DNA of 64,000 nt from Selaginella moellendorffii (lineage: Eukaryota; Plantae; Lycopodiophyta), in assembly GCF_000143415.4 (NCBI RefSeq), contig NW_003314344.1, positions 132,336-196,335 of the forward strand. Direction: 5' to 3'. The position numbers and the translations under genes are program-made. This document shows, one piece after another, positions 12,319 to 27,369 of this stretch. How positions within the stretch are numbered: the stretch's first letter is position 1; the number at the start of each line of letters is the position of its first letter. Below the pieces are notes generated by a model. That model saw only the letters and a list, made by a program, of their open reading frames with translations, ran no database searches and had not been told where the DNA came from.

Positions 12319-15300
12319 ATGAGAATAGCTCTTCTTCGAAAGGTCAGTCGATCTGTTGCTTTTGCTTCTCAATGCTTGTTTTCGTTTCTTGGTTGTAGGC
12401 CAAATTTGTCATCGGAAAATCACAGTGGTCTAGTACACTCGCGTTCCATCATCAAACCAAGGTAGCCCATCTTCTCGCTGCGTTGAAAGAATGCAGCATC
12501 TCGAGAGACTTGCAAGAGGGGAAGAGGCTTCACGCCGAGGCAGGGTCCCGTGGGAACGAAACCAACGTTTTCGTGGCCAACAGCTTGATCAACATGTACT
12601 CCAAGTGTGGAGACATGGCAGAAGCTCGCAAGGTCTTCGACGCCATGGCGTGTCCTACGCTTGTCTCCTGGAACACTCTGATGCTGGGATACGCAGAGAA
12701 CGGGCAGGAAGATCTGGCTCTCGAGTTTCTGGACAGGATAGAGGCTGAAGGAGGCGGCTGTGTAGCGGACGATGCAAGCTACGTCGCTGCTTTCAAGGCT
12801 TGCTCGGGCTTGGCGGCTCGAGAAGAAGGCGAGGAGCTCGATGGGAAGCTCGTCAAAGTTTCGGCTCTAGAGAAGACAATGGATCTCCACGCTCAAGCCG
12901 TGAGAAGTGGACGGGGTTTGCAAGCTATGGCTTCAAGGAACGTCTTGGTTGATACGTATTGCAAGTGTGGGAGCATGTTGGATGCTCGCAAAGCGCTGGA
13001 CAGGATGAGATATCACAGCGTTGTCTCGTGGACTGCCTTGATGATGGGATACTCGGAGAACCGCGAGGAAGAACTCGCCTTGAGCTTGTTCTTTCTTATG
13101 GAAGAACAGGGACTGGAGCCGAACTCTCTGATGGTTCTGTCCGCGTTGAAGGCTTGCTCAAGCTCCGCCGCTAGTGAAGAAGGCGTAGAACTTGGCGGCA
13201 ATCCTTTCGTCAAGATGGTGGCGCTGGAGAAAGCAATGGCTCTTCACCGTGAAGCCGAGAAGAAGAAGTGTCACGACGAGCTCTTCGTAGCAACAAGGCT
13301 GCTTCAAACGTATGCGAAGTCCGGAAGCCTTGTGGACGCGCGGAGAGTCTTCGACAGGATGCCTTGGCACAACACGGTGTCGCAGAATTCTCTCATCCTT
13401 GGCTGCGCGGAGAATGGTGACGAGGAGCTGGCGCTGGATTTGTTCTTCCGGTTCGAGCTCGAAGGCCGTGACTCGAATGCCAAAACTCTCGTGGCTGCGC
13501 TCAAGGCATGCAACGCTCTCGCAACGAAAGAAGAAGCCAAGCTCGTCGATGGGAAGCTCCTGAAGATAAAGTCGCTGGCCAAGACAATGGCTGTGGAGTC
13601 TCGGGCTCGCTGCAAGGATATCTTCGTGTGGAACACGCTGGTTGATACGTACGCGAAATGTGGGAGCATGGTGGACGCTCACAGGGTGTTTGAGAAGATG
13701 GCGTGCCACAGCGTTGTGTCGTGGACAGCGCTCGTTCTTGGCTATGCCGAGGGTGGAGACGGGGACTTTGCCTTGAAGCTGTTTGAGAGCATGGAGCCTG
13801 GTGTCGCGAATGTCCTCACTTATGTTGCCGCGTTGAAAGCTTGCATCACTTTCACTGGCAGCAATGAAGTTCTCGGGAAGGATGAAAGTACTCGAGGTGA
13901 TCCAGGAAGAGGTGATCCAGGAAAAACACAAGTTCTCGGGAAGGATGCAAGCGCTCAAGGAGATCCAGGGAAAACTAAAGTTCTCGGGAGTGATGGAAGT
14001 ACTCAAGGTGATCCAGGAAGAACTCAAGTTTTCGGGAAGGATGGAGTCACTCAGAGTGATCAACCAGGGAAAACTCGACGACATCCAAGGAATCCAGACA
14101 GACTCTCAGCAGTGAGCCAAGAACACCACAAGGAACAGCAGCTCCGCAAAGTCGAGTCGATTCACTCTCGAGCTATGGAGGCGGGCTTGGACTCAAACAT
14201 GTTAGTGGCGAGCAGCCTGGTGGATCTTTACGCGCGGTGTGGCTGCACGGGAAAGGCTTGCAGCGTTCTCGAGGGAATGAGCTGTCGCGACACAGTTGCA
14301 TGGAACACGCTCATCCTTGGCTACGTCGAGAATGGCGAAGCGCGAGAAGCTCTCGAGTGCTTCTCGAGGATGCGATCGGTGGACCGGAATTGCAAGCCGA
14401 ATGCACAGACGTTCGTGGCTACTCTCAAGGCTTGCACGAAGCTGGCAGCGATGGAAAGAGAGATCCATGAAGAAGAGAAAGAGAAAGATCATTCGGCCAA
14501 GGCGATGGCGATGACGAACAGCACTGGGAATGCTTTGAAGATTGGAGCTGATCTTCACTCTCAAGCTGCAAAGCTCGGGCTTGATCTCGACATGAGCGTC
14601 GCGAACTCGCTGGTGGAGATGTACGCCAGGTGTGGAAGCATGCCCGATGCTCGTCAGGTCTTCGACAAGATCACCATCGCCAGGAGCTCCTCGCAGAGTT
14701 CTTCGTCAACTTTGGTGCCACTTATTGTAGGGTACGCCGAGAACGGCGACGCCGAGCTAGCTCTGGAGATCTTCTTCGACTTCCACCGCCGCTCCATCGA
14801 CCAGCGCCGCGATTCCTCCGCGATCTTGGTGGCGGCGCTCAAGGCCAGCAGCGTTCTCGCTAGCCTCCCGGCTAGCAAGGCGATCCACGCCCAGATCGCT
14901 CGGGCTGGGCTGCTAGACCAGCGAGAGATCATCGTCACCAATTGCCTCGTCGACGCCTATGGCAAATGCGGCAGTGCTCTCGACGCAAAGCTCCTCTTCG
15001 ATTCCATCGCGCTGCTCGACACCGTCACCTGGAACTCCCTCCTCGCGGCGCACGGCAAGCTGGGCGGTAGCACGGACGCCGTGCTGCACCTCTTCCGCAC
15101 AATGTCGTACGAGAGGTACCGCGCGGACGGCATCACCTTCGTGGCGGTGCTGGCGGCGTGCAGCCATGGTGGGCTGGTAGACACGGGCAGCGAATATCTC
15201 CAAAGGATGCTGCCCGTGTACGGCGTGCAGCCCCGGGCGGAGCACTACGCCTGTACGGTGGACATGCTGGGGCGAGCCAATCAGCTCGCGGCTGCGGTCC

Positions 15301-15536
15301 AGATGGCGCGGGATTTCGGGAGGGGCAGCGCTATGATATGGCGGGCAGTTCTGGGCGCGTGCTGGAAGTGGGGGAATGTGGAGCTGGGGGAGGTGGCATT
15401 CGAGGCGCTGGTCGAGCTGGACGGCAGGGATGCGTCGGCGTTCGCGCTAATGGCTAATATCTACGGCTGCGCAGGGTTGTGGGATAAAGTGCGAGACGTC
15501 GCGGGGTCGAATCCTGGTGGTGGATGTCCTTGCTAA
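12319..15536 (+). CDS. PLS-class pentatricopeptide repeat protein with E domain (no DYW) and expanded L-motif loops
   Basis: Repeated NSLINMYSKCG/VSWN.L..GYAENG motifs and an E region (HYACTVDMLGRA...W.AVLGAC...FALMANIY). Probable first exon 12319-12342 (MRIALLRK), intron 12343-12398, in frame with ORF 12483..15536. Confidence 0.92.
13869..14078 (+). repeat. Coding minisatellite, ~4 copies of a 48-bp unit (VLGKDxSxQGDPGKTx)
   Basis: The unit gttctcgggaaggatg...caaggtgatccaggaa.aact is repeated, plus a 15-bp sub-duplication (RGDPG). Confidence 0.9.
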
Positions 15537-15726
15537 GTTGGGAGTTCGAATACTGGGAGTGTCAGCTCTGGCCTGGAAGCTGACCAGGTTCACGTGGCCT
15601 GGATATAGTTTAATCTCACACGTTGGTCGCGCGAGGTAAAGTCCACCGTTGGATATTTTATTTGTGGTTCTATGTTAGCGTATTTGCTCGTGAATTTTTT
15701 TGCGTAGGGCTTGTAGCGATCGAAGG

Positions 15727-17515
15727 ATGGGGACGATCGAAGGAGGAGGATGCTGCGCTGTTGGTCCCGGCTATGGAACTCCATTGGACGCTACAAAGGG
15801 GCCGCGAGAATCTTTGCTCTATGTCACGGCGGTTTACACAGGTATGGTGTGAGAATTCAAGCTTGCAAGCAAGAATCTCTTGTTTTTGCCCTTGTTTCGC
15901 GAAGGAACTGGGCGATCTTTGCCGGATTACCTGGCTACGGTGGATGTGGATCCAAAATCGCCAACATTTTCGAAAGTAGTGCATCGCCTCCCAGTTCCGC
16001 ATGTCGATGACGAGCTCCACCACTCTGGATGGAATTCTTGCAGCTCCTGCCATGGAGAGAAGGATGCTGAGCGTCGGTACCTTGTTCTTCCATCGCTAGT
16101 GTGAGTATATCACAGCTACTAAGATTTGTTCGTGAGAGCTAAGTTCTTTGGTCTTTCAGTTCTTCTCGAATTTACATTGTGGACACTCTCAAAGATCCGA
16201 AAGCTCCAGTGCTTCACAAAGTGATCGAGGCGGAGGATATATACGAAAAAACTGGGCTCGCGTTTCCTCACACCGCGCACTGCCTTGCTTCCGGTGAGAT
16301 TATGATCTCGTGCCTTGGAGACAAAGAAGGACGAGCACAAGGAGCTGGATTCTTGCTCTTGGATGGAGAATTCAACATCAAAGGAAGGTAAGTTCTCGTG
16401 AGTTCTTGTCTTTCACGCCATTTTTTGTCACTGTTGAGCTTTGGATCTTACGACTTAGATGGGAAAAACAAGGACACAGTCCCTCTTTTGGCTACGACTT
16501 TTGGTATCAACCTCGTCACAAAACGATGATCAGTAGTTCCTGGGGGGCGCCCTCTGCGTTTACCAAAGGTTTCGATTTGGGAGATCTTTCCAAGGGTCTG
16601 TACGGGAGAGAACTCTTTGTGTACGACTGGCCGGGCGGAACTTTGAAGCAAACCATCGATCTCGGTGACACTGGATTGATCCCACTCGAGGTAGCGGTTT
16701 TTTTCTTTTTTTCTCTTTTTTCCTGGAGTTTTGTTGGTGTAGATTCGATTTTTACACAATCCAGAAAAGGATACTGGCTACGTAGCCTGTGCTCTGAGCA
16801 GTACTTTGGTCCGGTTCTTCAAGAAAGATGATAGCACTTGGGATCATGAAGTAAGCTTGAATAGATCCTGGAGTTCTAACTCTCTCTTTCGTGTTTGATC
16901 TTAAGGTGGTGGTGACTGTTTCGCCGCTAAAGGTGAAGAACTGGATCTTACCCGAGATGCCTGGCTTGATCACGGACCTTCTCATCTCCCTGGATGATCG
17001 TTTCCTCTACTTTGTGAATTGGCTTCACGGCGATTTGAGGCAGTACAACATCGATGATCCATCCAAGCCTGTGCTAACCGGGCAGCTCTGGCTGGGAGGC
17101 TTGGTTTCCAAAGGCAGCAAAGTGTTGGTCGAGAGCTCTACCGGAGAAGACTGGCAATCCAGCGTTCCTCCAGTCCAGGTAAGCGAAATTCTTTCTATCC
17201 AATCGAGGATTCCAGAGAGAACTTTGTTTCCAGGGGAAGAAACTGAGAGGAGGCCCCCAAATGCTGCAGCTCAGCCTCGACGGCAAGCGTCTCTACGTGA
17301 CAAACTCGCTGTTCAGCTCCTGGGACAATCAGTTCTATCCAGGCCTCGCGAGCGAAGGCTCTCACATTCTCCAGGTGGATTGCGACACCGAGAAAGGAGG
17401 CCTAGCTCTCAATCACGATTTCTTCGTCGATTTCGGCGACGAGCCAAACGGGCCAGCGCTGGCACACGAGATGCGCTACCCTGGCGGCGATTGCACCTCC
17501 GATATCTGGGTCTAA
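15727..17515 (+). CDS. SBP: Selenium-binding protein / methanethiol oxidase (SBP56 family), multi-exon
   Basis: [20 protein letters not shown]...[10 protein letters not shown]; [11 protein letters not shown]; [16 protein letters not shown]; [10 protein letters not shown]; [25 protein letters not shown]; [17 protein letters not shown]. Confidence 0.95.
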
Positions 17516-17564
17516 AAATTTGCTCTTCAAATTTTAGGGTTCTTCCACCGGGCCCCAATTCACG

Positions 17565-17625
17565 ACGCGTGGCAAACGCCAAGTGTCATAGACGTGGCTA
17601 TTTGTGACACGTGGTGACACGTCAT
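17565..17625 (+). promoter_or_regulatory. Cluster of ABRE/G-box/CE3-like elements upstream of the DUF506 gene
   Basis: ACGCGTGGC, GACGTGGC, GACACGTGG and GACACGTC within ~60 bp. Confidence 0.55.
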
Positions 17626-17963
17626 TGGCACTCGTGTCGAAACCTGACAAGGAAATAATTTTCTAGGGCTTTTTAGACGGATAAGTGTGCTTGGGGATGG
17701 ATGAGGATGCTGACCGCGGCGCACAGCGGCCGTGTGTGCCTACGATCGATTTCTTGTCCTCTTGCGTGGCGTTGCGTTGTCTACATACGAGATCGACGGG
17801 ATCATTTCTCTCCACCGCTTATATAATCTCTCCTTAGTCTCTCTGCATCTGGTCTAGATTTTTCTCCATGCCTAGAGCATAGATCGCTCGATCTTCTTCG
17901 CGTTTCTCTTCTTCTCGGTCCTCTTCTTTCCATTCTTGGCGTTTTCGTTTCTAGATCGTGGCC

Positions 17964-19031
17964 ATGCCAGGGATTCTTTGGCATTCCGATCGGAATGAGC
18001 GGAATTTCGAGAGCGATTGCTATAGCAGCGGCAGCGAGCACGAAGCGATGGCCAGCTCCCTCTTCTTGGAGGAGATGGTGAACGATTTCATGGAGGAGGA
18101 GTGCCGCTTGAGCGGTTGCTGTAACGGCGATCCCTCTCCAGTTAATGCCAGTGCCAAATCGCAAGATCTCGCCGACGAGCTGCGAGATTTCCTTCTGCAT
18201 CAGGTAAGCAAGCACAGATCGATTGATCGCAGTTGCACTCCTCTCATATCGGAAATTCCTCTTCTCCTTCCAGAGATCTTCTTGCAGTGGCGATCTCCAG
18301 AAACTCGCCGCCGACGTCGAGCGATCCAAGGATCGTGCCGGGAAGATCGTGACGCCCGAGGCGGAGAATCCGGAGCAGCAGCGCTTGCGATGCACCGCCG
18401 CGAACCTCCGATCGATGGGATACAATGCTGCCGTTTGCAAATCGCGCTGGAGCCAATCCAAAGGAATCTCCAAAGGTCGGTTACAAACTATTTCTATCCT
18501 CCGCGTTCTCACAGCGTGATTCTCTCCTCTCTTCCAGGAGAGTACGCCTACATTGACGTCCTCCTCGACGCCGGCTCCAAGCGAGTGATCATCGACACAG
18601 ATTTTAGCTCCCAGTTCGTGATCGCGCGCCCCAGCGACGAATACCAAGCGATCCTCGCCGAGATCCCGCCAGTGTTCGTGGGCTCCGAGGACGAGCTCCA
18701 CAAATTCCTCCACCTCATCTCCCTCGCAATGAAACGCTCGCTCAAGGCGCAAAGTCTCACGCTCCCTCCCTGGCGGAGACCCGACTACCTCACCGCGAAG
18801 TGGTTCTCGCCATACCGGAGAACAACCAATCCTCTTCCAACTCCAGCTCCAGCTCCCTCGAGACAACAATCCGACTGGACGAACAGCTTCTCCAGTGATG
18901 AGATCGATCGATCGAAAAGGCCCGCGAGCTCCGATCCGAGATCCAAGAAATCGCCCGGCCTTGCGACGCTGCTGGCCGAGGCCGGGATGATCCGCCAGGA
19001 AACTCACCAGCTCGTGACAGTCGCGACTTAA
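17964..19031 (+). CDS. DUF506 (PDDEXK-like) family protein, 3 exons
   Basis: LRSMGYNAAVCKSRW; GEYAYIDV; RVIIDTDFSSQFVIARPS; PPVFVG; AMKRSLK...LPPWRR...AKWFSPYRRT. Confidence 0.92.
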   Translation: MPGILWHSDRNERNFESDCYSSGSEHEAMASSLFLEEMVNDFMEEECRLSGCCNGDPSPVNASAKSQDLADELRDFLLHQVSKHRSIDRSCTPLISEIPLLLPEIFLQWRSPETRRRRRAIQGSCREDRDARGGESGAAALAMHRREPPIDGIQCCRLQIALEPIQRNLQRSVTNYFYPPRSHSVILSSLPGEYAYIDVLLDAGSKRVIIDTDFSSQFVIARPSDEYQAILAEIPPVFVGSEDELHKFLHLISLAMKRSLKAQSLTLPPWRRPDYLTAKWFSPYRRTTNPLPTPAPAPSRQQSDWTNSFSSDEIDRSKRPASSDPRSKKSPGLATLLAEAGMIRQETHQLVTVAT

Positions 19032-19405
19032 GATAGAAACCTCGAGAGCTAAGCAAACATATAGAAGAAGACAAGTGTGTTCTTGGTGGTTTTTTTTGGT
19101 AGAAGCAAAACCATATAGTAAGAGGAGAGAATTATCTCTCTTTTTTTCTCTCTCTCGGTGTTGCTCTTATCGCCGTTTCGATCGATCCATAAGCTGATCC
19201 ATAAGCTTACGCACCTTTCAGCGCTCTCCAGGAGATAAAATCTCTTTTCTGGAAATCCGATCAGAGCGTTGACAGCTTGCGAGCACTACCGATCGAATAC
19301 GAGCCTGCGAGCCTTATCCGCCGAAGAAAAGAAAATAAATCGTCGTAGCCAGAAGAGATATCGAGGAACGCCAGCGACAGGATCACTTAAAGTTCTTGTT
19401 TTTCT

Positions 19406-20857
19406 TCACGAGTTGTGGAGGAGGAGCTTGTGCTGCTGCTGCTGCGGAGTCCCGAAAGTCAGTAGCTGGCTCCCCTTCTCGATTAGCGTCTGCAAAGTTG
19501 CCGGAACTTCCGCGCCAAACGAGGACTTGGCCGCTGCCCCGGGAGGACTGGGAGGCCAGTAGCGGAGAACCAATCGGCCCAGGATGTGATTGATCGGGAG
19601 TGGACCCCTGAAAGGATAAGAAGCTTTAGGTAGAGCTGGGAGCAAAAGCTTGAAAGGATTCCCTCACCAAATGTGTGAGTCGTCACTCCTGTTGCGGTTA
19701 TCACCCAGTACGAAGACTGATCCCTGTGGAACAGGCTGCGGCAAGCAAACAAAAACGTGGGACGAGTGAATTGAGAGAGCGACCAAGAGGACGTGACAGG
19801 CGAACTCACGATTGGCTCCAGGTCATAGCTCAGAGGTTCCGCGATGAAATCCTCGTCTTTGGCACCACCGTTGATAACAAGCTTGCCATCACGAGCCTGC
19901 AAAACGAGAACTTGGTTATCAGTTGCGGAGGGTAGGAAAGACAAAGCAAAATTTGAGCCGACCTCAACAACGTCACCCTCCACCGCAACGACACGCTTGA
20001 TGAACACCTCGCTGGAACTGTAGCCTCGCTCCTACACAAAAAAAATCACGTAAGAAAACAAAGTTCCATCGTTGTCTATCCCCCAAATCTCTGTAAAGCT
20101 TTGATTGGATGAAAGTGTTACTCACTTGCATGGCTTCCGGAGGCTTGAAAATCACAATGTCGTTCACGTTTGGCTTCTTGAAGTAGTAAGAAACCTACAC
20201 GAAGCAAAAAAAAAGAGAGCAAAAAGGTCAGCGAAGGACACGAAGAAGGCGAAAACTTTGGAACACTCTTACCTTTTCCGCGAAGATGCAATCGCCAATC
20301 TCCAGCGTTGGGAACATAGAGGCGGACGGGATGAATCGGGGCTCGGCCATCAGCCATTTAAACATGACTGACACCGTTGCCGCCGCGAAGATATCCTTGC
20401 CATCTTCGCTCGCGAATTTCATCCATTGCCGCATCCATGCCAGGGACCGTCGCCCATCCGCATGTTTTGCGAGATTATCAGCAGTACCTCCATCCCAGGG
20501 AAATTTCCCCGCGGAAGAAGAGGATTTCTTCTGGTCATCGCTGGAAGACCGCAGCAATTCGTTGCAGGGCAGCCATTTCATCGTCTGCAAGAATCCGGGA
20601 AGGACATACTTGTTGACGACGGATCTGGCCTGGAATGCGCTGACGCTGCAAGAAGCCCGGGGCTTAGGAAGAAACTCGCGGCCAGCAAGAAATTCCGGAG
20701 AATCCCCCCTCCAGCACGTATCCGGCTTGAAGCCGTCCGAAAGAAATCCCGCTCTTCCTCCCGATCGCTCCAGACTCAGCGCGATCACCGCCTTGGCCAG
20801 GACGGAGATCGGCGAGACGGAGCGGGAGATAGAGCAGGAGATCGCCTTGGTCGCCAT
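19406..20857 (-). CDS. Thylakoidal processing peptidase / type I signal peptidase (S26), multi-exon
   Basis: KWLPCNE; AEPRFIPSASMFPTLEIGD (catalytic Ser); DIVIFKPP; FIKRVVAVEGD (catalytic Lys); VLGDNRN.S.DSH; GPLPINHILGR.VLRYWPP. Confidence 0.92.
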
Positions 20858-21179
20858 AGATCCAACCTTCCATACCAATTTCCACACACACTCCACTAAT
20901 CCGCGCCCCTGGCGCACCAAATCCGGCAAGAACGCAAGAAAGAGAGCTAGGGATTCCTCCTGCTGCCGACGATCAGACGATCTTCCTCCGCCGCCGAAAG
21001 AAGGGCGAGGCAATCGCTGCCTCCTCCCACTCGCGAGCTCCGCGAATCTAAACCCTGAATGACCAAGAATGGATAGGTTTAGGGATCGGTTCCTGGGAGA
21101 ACAAAGAATTCCAAGACTATAGGAGGTATCCGGTTCGATTCCCGGGAGATACAGACCCGGTCAAAATAAGGCGCCCAAG

Positions 21180-25287
<4,108 letters not shown>

Positions 25288-25332
25288 CTAGGGCTAAGCT
25301 TCCTTGCGGCCCTTGTTAAATGGAGGGAGAAA

Positions 25333-27207
25333 ATGCCGTTGCCTGGATCGCTCGTCTCGATCGACCCAGCGGCGATTGCCAGGGAAGAATCCATTCGCCT
25401 CATCAAAAACTGCAAGACCCTAGCATCAGCCCGGAGAATCGAGTCTCTCATTCCCAATCGCGATCTCTACCTCTCGAATTTGCTGCTCCAGATGTATGGC
25501 CGCATCGGCAGCATTGGCGACGCGGCGAGGATCTTCGCGGCGATTCCCGACGGCGCCAAGAACTCCTTCTCTAGGGTTTTCATGCTCGCGGCATATGCCC
25601 GGGCCGGGCATCTTGACAAGGCCAGTACCGTGTTCGAATCCTTGCCCCACAAAACCCTCTTCTCCATGACGGCAATGCTGGATGCTTTGGTGCAAAATGG
25701 CTCTACGCAGCAAGCGAAAGATTTCTTCGACAGAATGCCCGAGAGGGACATAATCACCTGGACGACGATGCTCCGGGCATATTCCCGGGCCGGGCATCTT
25801 GTCGAGGCAAAGAATCTTTTTGATTCTATGCCAGGGTGGAACTACATCTCCTGGACAATTCTGCTTGATCTCTACCGTCGGATTTGTGACATTCCCGGAT
25901 TGCGTGACGTGTTTCAATCTATGCCGCAGAAAGATCTTGCTTCCTCGGCCACAGTGTTAATAGCATATGCCGAGGACGGGCATATTTGCGAAGCCAAAGC
26001 TCTCTTTGATTCCATGCCAATGTGGGATCTCGTCTCTTGGACCGCGATGCTAACGGTATATTCCAAATTTAAAACTAGGATAGCGCGAGAGTTCTTCGAC
26101 CGGGCGATGCCAGAGTTTGATGTGATTTCTTGCACTGCGATGCTGAATTCACACGCTCGGGACGGCGATTCAAAGCGAGCAAAGGAGATCTTTGATGCGA
26201 TGGAGGTTAGGAATCTTGTATCTTGGAATTCGCTGCTTTCTGCATTTGCCCACAGAGATCGGGAGCTCTGGAGTGTGAAATCTCTGTTTGATCAAATGCC
26301 TGAGAGGGATTCACTGTCTTGGAACTTGATGCTAGGTGCGTTATCACGACACGGAGATCTAAACGAGTTGAAGCATCTTTACTATTCGCGGCAAGAGGAT
26401 GATGTTGTTGCATCGACGATAATGTTCTCGGCGTATGCCCGAACTGGGCATATAATAGAAGCGCTAGAAATCTTCTCTGGATTAAAAGAAATCAATGTTA
26501 TTTCGTTTAATGCAATGGTAGGTGCTTGTGCTCAGAATTTTTATGTAGAAGAATGTAAGTATCTTTTTGATTCCTTCGAAAAACGCGACATTGTCTCTTG
26601 GACATGCTTACTTACAGCATATGCCCAATCCGGGCATTTTGATCAATCAAAGAGTATATTTGTCAGCATGCCAGAATGGAACATGTTTTCTTACAGTTTG
26701 ATGATAAAGGTTTTGGCACAAAACAGGAAGTTGGAAGAGGCTAGAAATTTATTTGATCAATCTTTAGAGAAAAGCATTGTCTTGTGGAACGCCTTGATCT
26801 CCGCACATTGCCAGAATGGTCAAATTCTTCTAGCAAGAAAGCTCTTTGATTCAATGCCGGAACGCGATTTAATCTCGTGGAATGCGATTCTGGCGGGTTT
26901 ATCCCAGACCTCGAATCCACAACACGCGTTTGATCTCTTCCATGAGATGATCTTTACAGAAACACCAGACGAGACGTCCTTCGCAAACATTCTTGCGGCG
27001 TGTGGCAGTGTCACCACAGCTCGGAGCTTCTTCCATTCCATGCTCTCGGATTTTAACATCGAATCCACGAAGATCCACTTCTCAGCCATGATTAATGTGC
27101 TTTGTCAAGCTCGCTACTTCTCTCACGCGCGAGAGCTCATGGAAACCATGCCCTTTGTGCCCGATTCTATCGATTGGATGTGCTCGAGAAAATCTTTAGC
27201 CTCTTAG
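25333..27207 (+). CDS. Intronless PLS/SS-type PPR protein ending early in the E domain
   Basis: Tandem ~31-aa repeats (FDxMPERD..SW..ML.AY...G). Ends HFSAMINVL...MPFVPDSIDW. Confidence 0.92.
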   Translation: MPLPGSLVSIDPAAIAREESIRLIKNCKTLASARRIESLIPNRDLYLSNLLLQMYGRIGSIGDAARIFAAIPDGAKNSFSRVFMLAAYARAGHLDKASTVFESLPHKTLFSMTAMLDALVQNGSTQQAKDFFDRMPERDIITWTTMLRAYSRAGHLVEAKNLFDSMPGWNYISWTILLDLYRRICDIPGLRDVFQSMPQKDLASSATVLIAYAEDGHICEAKALFDSMPMWDLVSWTAMLTVYSKFKTRIAREFFDRAMPEFDVISCTAMLNSHARDGDSKRAKEIFDAMEVRNLVSWNSLLSAFAHRDRELWSVKSLFDQMPERDSLSWNLMLGALSRHGDLNELKHLYYSRQEDDVVASTIMFSAYARTGHIIEALEIFSGLKEINVISFNAMVGACAQNFYVEECKYLFDSFEKRDIVSWTCLLTAYAQSGHFDQSKSIFVSMPEWNMFSYSLMIKVLAQNRKLEEARNLFDQSLEKSIVLWNALISAHCQNGQILLARKLFDSMPERDLISWNAILAGLSQTSNPQHAFDLFHEMIFTETPDETSFANILAACGSVTTARSFFHSMLSDFNIESTKIHFSAMINVLCQARYFSHARELMETMPFVPDSIDWMCSRKSLAS

Positions 27208-27369
27208 ATTTATTTCTAGGGTTTCTCGGGTTAGGGTTTTTGGGGCGAGGGGCGAATCTGTGCATGGCGCGTCTCCGATCCTCCGGGCCTGGAATCCGGT
27301 ATGAGAATGGGACTAGGGAGTAGAATCTAGGCGGCGAGCACAGCAGCGAGTGTTCTCGGGTCCGCGGCT

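Noticed and set aside
13869-14078. CRISPR-like array
   Set aside because: Contiguous in-frame coding repeats without unique spacers; eukaryotic context; no cas genes.
15727-17515. Selenocysteine recoding in the selenium-binding protein
   Set aside because: No in-frame TGA is needed once introns are removed, and SBP56 proteins are not selenoproteins.
21128-21146. tRNA T-loop/B-box-like GGTTCGATTCCC
   Set aside because: The T-stem pairs imperfectly and no D-arm, anticodon arm or acceptor stem can be built upstream.
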